The position numbers and the translations under genes are program-made. A DNA stretch of 64,000 nucleotides from Gallionellaceae bacterium (GTDB lineage: Bacteria > Pseudomonadota > Gammaproteobacteria > Burkholderiales > Gallionellaceae). Location of the stretch: NCBI GenBank assembly GCA_006218055.1, contig VBWD01000001.1, positions 9,690 to 73,689 of the forward strand. Direction: 5' to 3'. Of the stretch, positions 1-9,998 are shown piece by piece. Every line of letters starts with the position of its first letter. The stretch's first letter is position 1. Under the pieces are notes generated by a model that saw nothing but the letters and a program-made list of their open reading frames with translations, had not been told where the DNA came from and did not search any database.

Positions 1-1
1 T

Positions 2-220
2 CAGGCTGAGCTGGACTTGAGCACCGCACTGAAGACCAGTCGCAGTATCAGTATGGCGATCGGGCTGTTGATGCAGCGCTTTGATAGCGGAGCGGACGAG
101 ACCTTTGAAGCATTGCGTGCCTATTGCAGGAGCAATCGTGTTCGCATGGTTGATTTGGCCAATCAGGTCGTAGAACACAAACAGAATGTCGACCTGAGTT
201 CTTACTTAAAGAAATCCTAA
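2..220 (+). CDS. ANTAR-domain protein, C-terminal part (5' truncated by window edge)
   Basis: Frame is open from position 2 (QAELDLSTALKTSRSISMAIGLLMQRF...ETFEALRAYCRSNRVRMVDLANQVV), matching the ANTAR pattern L..R..I..A.G.LM......AF..LR..SR..R. Confidence 0.75.
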   Translation, partial: QAELDLSTALKTSRSISMAIGLLMQRFDSGADETFEALRAYCRSNRVRMVDLANQVVEHKQNVDLSSYLKKS

Positions 221-509
221 AAAATGCCGTAAGTTATTCTGTCAGCGTTAGTTAAGCTTGACTAAGCTTCAGTTAATTTGATACTTTCCAACCGTTACGC
301 GACCCAATCCCCGTCGCACGGTCGGTTTCACCAAGGCGAGGGGGCGCAGTACATGTCAGATGTTTCTTTCTTCGAGCGATGCTCGGTGGTTGTAGGTGCC
401 GGTTCTCACATCGGCGCACGTTTCTTCAGTTCCTCTCCAACAAATCACCCGCAAATAGCGATCGCTGCCATCGGTCTGCGTCTGTCCGTTGCTCTCGCGG
501 GGGTGTGTG

Positions 510-1709
510 ATGGTGAATGAGTCAGGTCGCCCTCGGCTGCGAACGGTAATGTGGGTCGTGTGTGGCGCGATCGTCTTGCAAAGTCTGTTGCTCATTCTCA
601 TCAAAGGATATTGGGGTATCTCCCTTGCTGTATTGATCACGCCCATGACGGCATTCGTGTTGTGGCACAGCGCAAGACAGGCCCCGGAATCCCACAAGGC
701 ACCTACTGAAACAACGCGACGGGATAGCGTTGTTGACGGGGTGTTGTTGCAAAGCAGTCCGCATTTCACGAAACATTTTTCGGGTGCAAACGGAGAACTG
801 GAGCAGGTGCAAAGCCTGCTTGGAGATGCTATCGAGAAATTACTGTCGAGTTTCGACGGCATGCATCGTTTGATCCAAGAGCAACATGACGTGGCATCTT
901 CCGTTACGCAAGGACATTCAGAAGGACAAAGTGCTTCGTCATTAGAGAGTCACTTGGGTGAAACAGCCGACACATTGCGCGAATTGGTTGGCGGTGTGCT
1001 CAGAAGCAGCCAGAGCGGGATGGAGTTGGTGGAGAAGATGGGGGTGGTTAGCCAAGAGGTGCAGGGCATCCTGCAAGTTCTGGGTGAGATGGATGCTATC
1101 GCCAGACAAACCAATCTGCTGGCATTGAATGCGTCTATCGAGGCGGCGCATGCCGGAGAAGCGGGGCGCGGTTTCTCCGTTGTGGCGGATGAAGTGCGCA
1201 AATTATCTTTGCGCGCCGAGCAGTTCAATCTGCAGATTCGAAAAAGTGTCAATCAAGTGCATAAGGCGATTGCCGGTACGGAACAGTCCATCAAGCAGAT
1301 GGCCTCCGTCGATATGGATTTTGCCCTGCATTCCAAAAGCCGGATGGACACGGTGATGGCAAATGCACGCCAGATCACTCAGGAGATGTCGCTGGCGATC
1401 ACACGGCAGTCGGAAATCTCCGGCAAGGTCGGACAGGTGGTCGGTGCTGCCGTCACCTCTTTGCAATTTCATGACATGGTCAACCAATTGTTGCAACACT
1501 CGATGCGCCGACTTGAAAGCATGCGCGGTGTATGGAGCCATCTGGCAGAGGTCGCCGAGCTGGAGCGACGCGATGGAGCGGTATCCGGCAGTGAGTTGGA
1601 GCGCTTGAGGCAGGAGATCGAAGAGATGTTCGACTCCGCGAATCAGATGACAGCACGCAATCCGGTGCGTCAGGAGAATCTGCAGAGTGGTGAAATCGAG
1701 TTGTTCTAA
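510..1709 (+). CDS. McpA-like methyl-accepting chemotaxis protein (2 TM, short MA domain)
   Basis: Two N-terminal hydrophobic helices, MA hairpin [42 protein letters not shown] motif, C-terminus GEIELF; ATG 510 preferred over TTG 489. Confidence 0.85.
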   Translation: MVNESGRPRLRTVMWVVCGAIVLQSLLLILIKGYWGISLAVLITPMTAFVLWHSARQAPESHKAPTETTRRDSVVDGVLLQSSPHFTKHFSGANGELEQVQSLLGDAIEKLLSSFDGMHRLIQEQHDVASSVTQGHSEGQSASSLESHLGETADTLRELVGGVLRSSQSGMELVEKMGVVSQEVQGILQVLGEMDAIARQTNLLALNASIEAAHAGEAGRGFSVVADEVRKLSLRAEQFNLQIRKSVNQVHKAIAGTEQSIKQMASVDMDFALHSKSRMDTVMANARQITQEMSLAITRQSEISGKVGQVVGAAVTSLQFHDMVNQLLQHSMRRLESMRGVWSHLAEVAELERRDGAVSGSELERLRQEIEEMFDSANQMTARNPVRQENLQSGEIELF

Positions 1710-1741
1710 TGGGTTGCAATTATTGATTTGGGAGTTAAGTG

Positions 1742-2107
1742 ATGGCTAAAACGGTTCTGAGTGTTGATGATTCAAGTTCGATCCGGCAGATGGTGTCGTT
1801 CACCTTGAAGAGCGCGGGCTATGAGGTGATCGAGGCGGTCGATGGGCAGGATGGTCTGGATAAGGCCAAGTCAAAGACGGTCGATCTGGTCCTCACTGAT
1901 CAAAACATGCCGCGCATGGACGGCCTCACGCTGATCAAATCGCTGCGTAGCATGCCCAATTACAAGTCTGTCCCGATCCTGATGCTGACCACCGAGTCGG
2001 GCGACACGATGAAGTCGCAGGGCAGGGCGGCGGGAGCGACCGGTTGGCTGGTCAAACCGTTCGATCCGGCAAAATTGCTGGAAGTGGTCAAGAAGGTCAT
2101 CGGCTAA
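1742..2107 (+). CDS. cheY: Chemotaxis response regulator CheY
   Basis: Single receiver domain: VDDS, TDQNMPRMDG, LTTES, KPF; directly upstream of cheA. Confidence 0.92.
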   Translation: MAKTVLSVDDSSSIRQMVSFTLKSAGYEVIEAVDGQDGLDKAKSKTVDLVLTDQNMPRMDGLTLIKSLRSMPNYKSVPILMLTTESGDTMKSQGRAAGATGWLVKPFDPAKLLEVVKKVIG

Positions 2108-2122
2108 ATCGGGCGCCAGGTC

Positions 2123-4060
2123 GTGAGTATCGACATCACCCAGTTCTACCAGGTCTTCTTTGAGGAGGCAGCGGAGCATCTTGCGACGATGGAGTCCTTG
2201 CTATTGGGATTGGATATCGCCGATCCGAGTGACGACGACCTGAATGCCATTTTCCGCGCCGCGCATTCCATCAAAGGCGGCAGCGGCACCTTCGGATTCA
2301 ACGACATGGTGGAAGTGACCCATGTGCTGGAGAACCTGCTCGACAAGTTGCGCAAGCACGAGAAGCAACTGACCGATGAGATGGTCAACGTGTTCCTCGA
2401 AGCGGGTGATGTCATCAATATGCAGTTGGCGGCGCATCGCGGCGCAGGGCAGGTCGAGCCGGTCGAAGTCAAAGCTGTTTGCGACAAGTTGGCGCAATTG
2501 AACAGCGGGAGTTCATCTGTTGCTCCGGCAGCTGCCCCGCCGATCGTGGCGACAGCTGTTGAAAATACCGATTACGGTTTCTTCGACGATGTGCCTGCGG
2601 CACCGGCTGAAAATTCAGATTACGGTTTTTTCGATGATGCGCCAGCAGCGCCGGTTGCGGCAGCTGATCCCGGGTATGGCTTCTTCGATGAGGCAGAACC
2701 CCGGCAAGCCACAGCCCAAGCAGAGGCAGACCCAGGATACGGGTTCTTCCAAGAGATCACGCCTTCCCTACAAGCACCCGCTCCGGCGGGATCACCCCAG
2801 GCAGAACGTCGCGCCAGCGATGTGCCGGACGGTGATGCGGTACGCGGACGCCGTGCCAGTGACAAGGCGGCCGCGTCTGCCGAGGCCGCTTCGATCCGCG
2901 TGAACGTGGAAAAGGTCGATCAGCTCATCAATCTGGTCGGCGAGTTGGTCATCACCCATGCGATGTTGGCGCAATCTGCATCAAACGTGGACGGGACGAT
3001 GTCAGAGCGTTTGCAGAATGGTCTGCGCCAACTGGAACGCAATACACGCGACCTGCAAGAGGTGGTGATGTCGGTGCGCATGTTGCCCATCTCTTTTGTG
3101 TTCAGCCGCTATCCGCGTGTGGTGCGCGATCTGGCGGGCAAGCTGAACAAGCAGGTCGAGCTGAAGACAGTGGGCGAAGGCACCGAGTTGGACAAAGGCT
3201 TGATCGAGAAGATCGCCGACCCGCTCACACACTTGGTGCGCAACAGTCTGGATCACGGTATCGAGGTACCGGAAAAACGCCTTGCCGCAGGCAAGCCTGC
3301 CAAGGGAACCATCACGCTGCAGGCGTCGCACCAGGGCGGCAATGTCGTCATTGAAGTAGTGGACGACGGTGCCGGTTTGAGCCGCACGAGGATCCTCGAC
3401 AAAGCCAGAGAGCGTGGCTTGCCGGTGCGCGACGACATCACAGACCAGGAGGTGTGGATGCTCATCTTCGAGGCGGGATTCTCCACTGCCGAAGTCGTCA
3501 CCGATGTGTCCGGTCGCGGTGTCGGCATGGACGTGGTGAAGCGCAATATCGCGGCACTCGGCGGACGTATCGAATTGAACTCTGCGGAAGGGCTGGGTAC
3601 GCGCATCACCATCCGTCTGCCGCTGACGCTGGCGATCCTGGACGGGCTGTCGGTGGCGGTGGGCAGCGAGACCTACATCATCCCGCTGACTTACATCATC
3701 GAATCCTTGCTCATCAGCAACGATGATCTGCGCAGCGTCAGCGGCGCAGAACGGCTGGTGCATGTACGCGGCGAATACCTGCCGCTGGTAACGCTGCGTG
3801 AGGTGTTCAATCTGACCGGTAGCAAGGCAGGGGGCGATGCCATCGTGGTGATCGTCGAGGCTGAAGGTCGCAAGGTCGCGCTACTGGTGGATGAATTGCT
3901 GGGACAACACCAAGTGGTGATCAAGAGTCTGGAATCCAATTTCCGCAAACTGCCGGGTATGTCCGGCGCAACCATCATGGGCGACGGCAAGGTGGCATTG
4001 ATTCTGGATGTGGCGGCGCTGAGTCTGGTTCCGGCACGGCATAACCGTCTGGTGGCGTAA
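2123..4060 (+). CDS. cheA: Chemotaxis histidine kinase CheA (no recognisable P2 domain)
   Basis: HPt IFRAAHSIKGG, dimerisation SIRVNVEKVDQLINLVGELVI, HATPase NSLDHGIE...SGRGVGMDVV, C-terminal CheW-like domain. Confidence 0.97.
   Translation: MSIDITQFYQVFFEEAAEHLATMESLLLGLDIADPSDDDLNAIFRAAHSIKGGSGTFGFNDMVEVTHVLENLLDKLRKHEKQLTDEMVNVFLEAGDVINMQLAAHRGAGQVEPVEVKAVCDKLAQLNSGSSSVAPAAAPPIVATAVENTDYGFFDDVPAAPAENSDYGFFDDAPAAPVAAADPGYGFFDEAEPRQATAQAEADPGYGFFQEITPSLQAPAPAGSPQAERRASDVPDGDAVRGRRASDKAAASAEAASIRVNVEKVDQLINLVGELVITHAMLAQSASNVDGTMSERLQNGLRQLERNTRDLQEVVMSVRMLPISFVFSRYPRVVRDLAGKLNKQVELKTVGEGTELDKGLIEKIADPLTHLVRNSLDHGIEVPEKRLAAGKPAKGTITLQASHQGGNVVIEVVDDGAGLSRTRILDKARERGLPVRDDITDQEVWMLIFEAGFSTAEVVTDVSGRGVGMDVVKRNIAALGGRIELNSAEGLGTRITIRLPLTLAILDGLSVAVGSETYIIPLTYIIESLLISNDDLRSVSGAERLVHVRGEYLPLVTLREVFNLTGSKAGGDAIVVIVEAEGRKVALLVDELLGQHQVVIKSLESNFRKLPGMSGATIMGDGKVALILDVAALSLVPARHNRLVA
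2561..2755 (+). repeat. Four intragenic YGFF(D/Q)(D/E) peptide repeats in the CheA linker
   Basis: ENTDYGFFDD / ENSDYGFFDD (48-nt period) / DPGYGFFDE / DPGYGFFQE. Confidence 0.9.
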
Positions 4061-4087
4061 GTTAATGAGAGGGCACTAGGGAGCAAC

Positions 4088-4582
4088 ATGGCTACGACTG
4101 ATAACAAAAGTGCGGGTGGTGTGATGCTGACCAACAATGAATTCCTGACCTTCACCTTGGGCAAGGAAGAGTACGGCATCGACATCCTCAAGGTGCAAGA
4201 GATACGCGGCTACGATGCGGTGACCACCATCGCCAACACGCCGGAATTCATCAAGGGCGTGATCAATCTGCGCGGCATCATCGTGCCCATCGTTGATCTG
4301 CGTATCAAATTCAATCTCAGTAACGTGGCCTACGACCAGTTCACTGTCGTCGTCATCCTGAACCTTGGTAGCCGGGTGGTGGGGATCGTGGTGGACAGCG
4401 TGTCCGATGTGTTGACGCTCAATACGGAGCAGGTCAGACCGGCGCCGGAATTGTCCGCCGCGCTCGATACGCGCTACATCGTCGGTCTGGGTACAGTGGC
4501 GGAACGTATGCTGATCTTGGTGGATATCGAGAAGCTGATGCTGGGGCAGGAGATGGAATTGGTGGATGAGGTTCAGGGTTGA
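4088..4582 (+). CDS. cheW: Chemotaxis coupling protein CheW
   Basis: [25 protein letters not shown]...[16 protein letters not shown]. Confidence 0.96.
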   Translation: MATTDNKSAGGVMLTNNEFLTFTLGKEEYGIDILKVQEIRGYDAVTTIANTPEFIKGVINLRGIIVPIVDLRIKFNLSNVAYDQFTVVVILNLGSRVVGIVVDSVSDVLTLNTEQVRPAPELSAALDTRYIVGLGTVAERMLILVDIEKLMLGQEMELVDEVQG

Positions 4583-4637
4583 TAGGGTACAGGCGTAGTC
4601 AAAGTTAGCATCATCCGTAATAGGCGAGGAGAAAGTA

Positions 4638-7028
4638 ATGCGCATCAATACACCAGTAAGCAATGTTGAATACGAGTTGCGTGACGGAAGCTCAATCGTA
4701 TCCAAGACCGACCTGAAAGGGTTGATCACCTACGTTAACGCGGACTTTCTGGAGGCCAGCGGCTTTCTCGAAAAGGAACTGATCGGCCAGCCGCATAATC
4801 TGGTGCGCCATCCCGACATGCCGGTGGAGGCGTTCGACGATTTGTGGCGCACGCTGAAGGCGGGCAAGCCGTGGACGGGGATGGTAAAGAACCGCCGCAA
4901 GAATGGCGATTATTACTGGGTGGTGGCGAATGCCACGCCCATCTACGAGAATGGTGCTTGTGTCGGCTACATGTCGGTACGCAGCAAACCGACGCGTGCG
5001 CAGGTCGAGGCGCATGAGGCGGCCTACCGTCTGTTCCGCGAAGGCAAGCAAGGTAACTTGCGCATCGAGGAGGGGAAGGCGGTGGGCGGTAGTGTGCTGC
5101 AATCCCTGTGGAAACCGTTTTCTCGTGCCTCCATCAAGAGCGCGATCGTCAGGATGATGGGCGTTCTGCTACTGGCCTTGTCTCTCTCGGTGGGGGTGAG
5201 TCTGTATGCCGATCCTCTCAACGTAGGGAACTGGCAGATGACCATCTTGTTGGGGGCCGCCGTGTTCAGTGCTGTTTTCGGGACATTGCTGCTGCGCAGT
5301 GTGCTGCATCCGCTGCAAACTGCCACGGACCAGCTCTATCGTATCTCGCAGGGGCAATACCACGACAAGATCGACGTGGGGCGCGACGATGAGGCGGGGA
5401 AATTGCTGTACGCGATGAAGGCGATGCAGATCCGTATGGGGTTTGAGGTTAGCGAAGGCAGGCGCCAGGCGGATGAGACCACGCGGGTCAAGATCGGCTT
5501 GGATAACGTCAGCACCAATGTGATGATCGCCGACAAGAATCGCAACATCATCTACATGAACAAGGCGATCACCGAGATGTTCAAGGCTGCCCAGGAAGAT
5601 ATCCGCAAGGATTTCCCCGGTTTTGATGCAAACAACCTGCTGGGTTCGAATATCGACCAGTTCCACAAGAACCCCGCTCATCAGGCGCAGATGTTGGAGC
5701 GGCTGACCGGTACACAGCGGGCAACCATCAAGATCGGTGTGCGCACTTTCGCATTGACCGTCAGTGCGGTCATCAACGATCGAAGCGAGCGCCTGGGTTC
5801 GGCGGTGGAATGGATAGACCGCACGGCGGAACTGGCGGTGGAGCAGGAGATCGCTAATATCGTGGCGGCAGCGGTGGACGGGGATTTCACCCAACGCATC
5901 TCGTTACAGGGCAAGGAAGGTTTCTTCCGCCAGATCGCCGAGGGCGTGAACGGCATGGTGGAAACCACTTCTGTCAGTCTGGACGATGTGGTGCGTGTGC
6001 TGGCCGCATTGGCGAAAGGTGATCTGACCGAGACCATCACCGGTGAGTATCACGGCACTTTCGGGCAACTCAAAGACGACTCCAATGCGACGGTTGCGCA
6101 GCTGACGGAGATCATCAGCCGCATCAAGGATGCGGGAGACACGATCAATACGGCAGCCAAGGAGATCTCCACGGGCAATACGGATCTGTCGCAGCGTACC
6201 GAGGAGCAGGCATCCAGTCTGGAAGAGACTGCGGCCAGCATGGAAGAGCTCACCTCCACCGTGAAACAAAACGCCGAGAACGCCAAGCAGGCGAACCAGC
6301 TTGCCGTGGGGGCATCCGACATTGCGGTTAAAGGAGGCGTGGTCGTGGGGCAGGTGGTGCAGACCATGTCTTCGATCAGCGATAGCTCGAAGAAGATCGT
6401 GGATATCATCAGCGTGATCGACGGTATCGCTTTCCAGACCAATATCCTGGCGCTGAATGCGGCAGTGGAAGCCGCGCGCGCCGGTGAGCAGGGGCGCGGT
6501 TTTGCCGTGGTGGCGAGCGAAGTGCGCAATCTGGCACAGCGCAGTGCCGCCGCTGCCAAAGAGATCAAAGGGCTGATCAACGACTCGGTGGAGAAAGTGG
6601 AGTTGGGTACCGCTCTGGTGGACAAGGCGGGCAAGACCATGGAGGAGGTCGTCACCTCGGTCAAACGTGTGACCGACATCATGGGCGAGATCACCGCCGC
6701 CTCATCGGAACAAAGTCAGGGCATCGAGCAGGTGAATCAGGCGATCACCCAGATGGATGACGTGACCCAGCAGAACGCCGCTCTGGTCGAACAGGCTGCG
6801 GCCGCGGCCGGGTTACTGGAAGAGCAGGCGCAAAGTCTGTCAGAGATGATGGGGACGTTCAAACTGGTGATAGAGACGAGCAGCACGATGGTGGCAGCGT
6901 TGCCGCGCACTTCCGCGAGTGAGCGTCGCGCCAGGGTCGAGGCGCTGCCGTCTATTGCGAAACGCAGCAGCCGCGCATTACCGCACAAGACGAACGGTAG
7001 CGATGACGGTGATTGGAAAGAGTTTTGA
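4638..7028 (+). CDS. Methyl-accepting chemotaxis protein with Aer-type PAS, 2 TM, HAMP, Aer2-type PAS, HAMP, MA domain and C-terminal pentapeptide
   Basis: N-terminal [10 protein letters not shown]...[12 protein letters not shown] (Aer PAS); [12 protein letters not shown]...[12 protein letters not shown]...[10 protein letters not shown] (Aer2 PAS); [26 protein letters not shown]; ends DWKEF. Confidence 0.93.
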   Translation: MRINTPVSNVEYELRDGSSIVSKTDLKGLITYVNADFLEASGFLEKELIGQPHNLVRHPDMPVEAFDDLWRTLKAGKPWTGMVKNRRKNGDYYWVVANATPIYENGACVGYMSVRSKPTRAQVEAHEAAYRLFREGKQGNLRIEEGKAVGGSVLQSLWKPFSRASIKSAIVRMMGVLLLALSLSVGVSLYADPLNVGNWQMTILLGAAVFSAVFGTLLLRSVLHPLQTATDQLYRISQGQYHDKIDVGRDDEAGKLLYAMKAMQIRMGFEVSEGRRQADETTRVKIGLDNVSTNVMIADKNRNIIYMNKAITEMFKAAQEDIRKDFPGFDANNLLGSNIDQFHKNPAHQAQMLERLTGTQRATIKIGVRTFALTVSAVINDRSERLGSAVEWIDRTAELAVEQEIANIVAAAVDGDFTQRISLQGKEGFFRQIAEGVNGMVETTSVSLDDVVRVLAALAKGDLTETITGEYHGTFGQLKDDSNATVAQLTEIISRIKDAGDTINTAAKEISTGNTDLSQRTEEQASSLEETAASMEELTSTVKQNAENAKQANQLAVGASDIAVKGGVVVGQVVQTMSSISDSSKKIVDIISVIDGIAFQTNILALNAAVEAARAGEQGRGFAVVASEVRNLAQRSAAAAKEIKGLINDSVEKVELGTALVDKAGKTMEEVVTSVKRVTDIMGEITAASSEQSQGIEQVNQAITQMDDVTQQNAALVEQAAAAAGLLEEQAQSLSEMMGTFKLVIETSSTMVAALPRTSASERRARVEALPSIAKRSSRALPHKTNGSDDGDWKEF

Positions 7029-7108
7029 AGTATGGAGCGGGGAAAATACGCTGTCCTGCTTTTCACCCGATTCGCGCTCCTCGATCCTAATCACATACGA
7101 AGGCGGAA

Positions 7109-7993
7109 ATGAAAGACCCGGATAGCAGAGAGTTCCATTTCACCACTCAGGATTTCCAGCGGATACGCAAGTTGATCCATGAACATGCGGGGATATCGTT
7201 GGCCGACAGCAAACAGGAACTGGTGTATAGCCGTCTGTCACGGCGGTTGCGTGCGACGGGCATCCCTACCTTTGCGGATTATCTGAAGCGTCTGGAACAG
7301 AACGATGAGCAGGAATGGGAGGCATTCGCCAATTCTTTGACGACGAATCTGACTGCGTTCTTCCGCGAGGAGCACCATTTTCCGATCTTGGCGGAGCATC
7401 TGCGCAAGCAGGATGGCAAGCATCCCATCGTGTTGTGGTGTTCGGCCAGTTCGACCGGCGAGGAGGCTTATTCAATGGCGATGACGGCAGTGGATGCCTT
7501 CGATAGCTTCGATCCGCCGGTCACCATCATCGCCACCGATCTGGATACCAACGTGTTGGAGACCGCCCGCAAAGGGATGTATCCCATCGAGCAAGTGGAG
7601 AAGCTGGGGGCGGACCGGCTCAAGCGCTTTTTCTTGTGCGGCACGGGAGTGAACACGGGTTTTGCCAAGGTACGTCCGGAGTTGCAGCGCTTGATCACGT
7701 TCCGCAAGCTCAATCTGCTGGATGAGCAATGGCCGATCCGCGATCCGCTGGATGCGATCTTCTGCCGCAACGTGATGATCTACTTTGACAAGGAAACACA
7801 GCTTGCCATCCTGAAAAAATTCGCACCGCTACTGCATAGCGACGGTTTGATGTTCGCCGGTCACTCGGAGAACTTCTTCCATGCCGACGACTATTTTCGT
7901 CCTCGGGGCAAGACGGTATACGAGCTGTCTCCGGTTTTTAAGGCGGACCGTCAGCCGGGGCTGACACAAACGACGGGTCACAAGCATGTCTGA
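7109..7993 (+). CDS. cheR: Chemotaxis methyltransferase CheR
   Basis: TTNLTAFFREEHHF, WCSASSTGEEAYS, IFCRNVMIYFD, GHSE. Confidence 0.96.
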   Translation: MKDPDSREFHFTTQDFQRIRKLIHEHAGISLADSKQELVYSRLSRRLRATGIPTFADYLKRLEQNDEQEWEAFANSLTTNLTAFFREEHHFPILAEHLRKQDGKHPIVLWCSASSTGEEAYSMAMTAVDAFDSFDPPVTIIATDLDTNVLETARKGMYPIEQVEKLGADRLKRFFLCGTGVNTGFAKVRPELQRLITFRKLNLLDEQWPIRDPLDAIFCRNVMIYFDKETQLAILKKFAPLLHSDGLMFAGHSENFFHADDYFRPRGKTVYELSPVFKADRQPGLTQTTGHKHV

Positions 7994-8594
7994 TCATGAC
8001 TACGAAGAGGTGCTTTCACCCAATCTGTACTTTGACAAGAAGCTATCCACCGAGGCGGTCAAGATCCTGCCGGGCGAGTACTACGTGACGGGGCGCGATA
8101 TGGCACTGGTGACGGTGCTGGGTTCCTGTGTGGCGGCGTGCATCCGGGACCGTGTCTCCGGTGTGGGTGGCATGAATCATTTCATGCTCCCGGACAATAA
8201 GGTGAGAGGGGATCTGCTGAGCAAGTCGGCCCGTTACGGGGCTTATGCGATGGAAATCATGATCAATCAGATGCTCAAGTGTGGAGCGCAACGCGAGAAC
8301 CTTGAGGCAAAAGTCTTCGGGGGGGGGAATGTGCTGCGGGGTTTTACGGTGACCAATGTGGGGCAGTCCAATTCGGCGTTCGTGCTGGATTATCTGGAGA
8401 CCGAGAGAATCGACATCGTTGCTCAAGATCTCTTGGGCAATCATCCGCGCAAGGTCTATTTTTTCCCGGCGACCGGTCGTGTTTTGGTCAAGGCACTGCG
8501 CAGTGTGCATAACGACACGATCATCGAGCGCGAGCGGACCTATGGTGCCCGTCTCCGCGAATCGGATATTCATGGCGATGTGGAGTTGTTTTGA
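7986..8594 (+). CDS. cheD: Chemoreceptor glutamine deamidase CheD
   Basis: [35 protein letters not shown]. Confidence 0.96.
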   Translation: MSDHDYEEVLSPNLYFDKKLSTEAVKILPGEYYVTGRDMALVTVLGSCVAACIRDRVSGVGGMNHFMLPDNKVRGDLLSKSARYGAYAMEIMINQMLKCGAQRENLEAKVFGGGNVLRGFTVTNVGQSNSAFVLDYLETERIDIVAQDLLGNHPRKVYFFPATGRVLVKALRSVHNDTIIERERTYGARLRESDIHGDVELF

Positions 8595-9661
8595 TGATGA
8601 ATGAAGCCGTACAAATACAATCACGAATCAAGGTGCTGGTGGTGGATGACTCCGCACTGATCCGCAGCATTCTTAAAGAGATCATCGATAGTCAGCCGGA
8701 CATGAAGACGGTGGGGGTCGCGTCACATCCTTTGATGGCACGCGAGATGATCAAAACGTTGAATCCGGATGTGTTGACGCTGGACGTCGAGATGCCGCAG
8801 ATGGACGGGCTGACCTTTCTGGAAAAATTGATGCGCCTGCGTCCCATGCCGGTGCTGATGATCTCCAGCCTGACCGAACGCGGTTCGGAAGTGGCACTGC
8901 GCGCATTGGAATTGGGCGCGGTGGATTTCATCACCAAGCCCAAGTTAGGCTTGGCTGAAGGGATGAATGCCTATGCCGAGGAGATTGCCGAGAAAATTCG
9001 GGTGGCCAGTCGTGCCCGGGTTAAATCGCGAGTGGCACCTATTCCGCTACACCAGCTTCCTGCAATGGGTAATCGTCTGTCCACGACTGAAAAGATAATC
9101 GCAGTAGGCTCGTCGACAGGCGGGACTGAAGCACTAAAAGATTTTTTAATGCCTATGCCGGCAGATGCTCCCGCCATTTTGGTGGCCCAGCATATGCCCG
9201 AGGCTTTCACCAAGTCCTTTGCGGCACGTTTGGACGGGCTATGCAAAATGACCGTCAAGGAGGCAGAGCACAACGAACGTGTGCTTCCGGGGCATGTGTA
9301 CATTGCGCCGGGACATTCGCATCTCTTGCTCAGGCGTAGCGGTACGAACTATCTAACCGAATTGAGCCAGTCTAATCCGGTGAATCATCACCGTCCGTCA
9401 GTCGAGGTTCTGTTTCGTTCGGTGGCCCAAGCAGCCGCAGCCAACGTGGTGGGGGTCATGTTGACCGGGATGGGTAAAGACGGCGCGAGCGCCATGTTGG
9501 AGATGCGTCAGGCAGGTGCATATAATTTTGCGCAGGATGAGGCAACCTCTGTCGTTTTCGGGATGCCGCGCGAAGCGATCGCAGTGGGGGCAGTCAATGA
9601 AGTTTTGCCGATACGGGAAATAGCATCGAGAGTGCTGTCCCATCTGCTAACCGGAAAATAA
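8594..9661 (+). CDS. cheB: Chemotaxis methylesterase CheB (REC + esterase)
   Basis: REC (VVDDSA, TLDVEMP) plus [19 protein letters not shown] catalytic motifs. Confidence 0.96.
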   Translation: MMNEAVQIQSRIKVLVVDDSALIRSILKEIIDSQPDMKTVGVASHPLMAREMIKTLNPDVLTLDVEMPQMDGLTFLEKLMRLRPMPVLMISSLTERGSEVALRALELGAVDFITKPKLGLAEGMNAYAEEIAEKIRVASRARVKSRVAPIPLHQLPAMGNRLSTTEKIIAVGSSTGGTEALKDFLMPMPADAPAILVAQHMPEAFTKSFAARLDGLCKMTVKEAEHNERVLPGHVYIAPGHSHLLLRRSGTNYLTELSQSNPVNHHRPSVEVLFRSVAQAAAANVVGVMLTGMGKDGASAMLEMRQAGAYNFAQDEATSVVFGMPREAIAVGAVNEVLPIREIASRVLSHLLTGK

Positions 9662-9677
9662 ACGCAAACGTACAACG

Positions 9678-9800
9678 GTGGACACCAGGCAACTTGGTAC
9701 GACTTCCAGCGGCAGAACCACCGTGCGTCCATCTGAACGGACGCTTTGATTTTAACGATCACCGGATACTTGAGTCAGCCTACTTCACACCACAGCAATA
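9678..9800 (+). pseudogene. Degraded STAS (anti-anti-sigma factor) gene remnant
   Basis: VDTRQLGTTSSGRTTV in one frame, then VHLNGRFDFNDHRILESAY in another; GRFDF..HR resembles the N-terminus of small proteobacterial STAS proteins; the rest of the domain is absent. Confidence 0.45.
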
Positions 9801-9998
9801 TTTGAGAGAGTTCTTCAACATGCAGCCGGTCAAAGTCCAAGCACCCGGTAATCAGCGTTGCAGCAACTCCGACGCCCCGTGAGGGGAATGTACTTTAGAA
9901 TTAGGCACTCTCACTGCAGGCATAAAGATTCCAATGGAAACCGAAAACCAGGACGATCATGGAATACAACCACCAGACCTGCGCAGTCAGTCAAAGTC

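Noticed and set aside
278-520. 80-aa ORF upstream of the first MCP
   Set aside because: No recognisable motif; overlaps likely promoter/leader sequence
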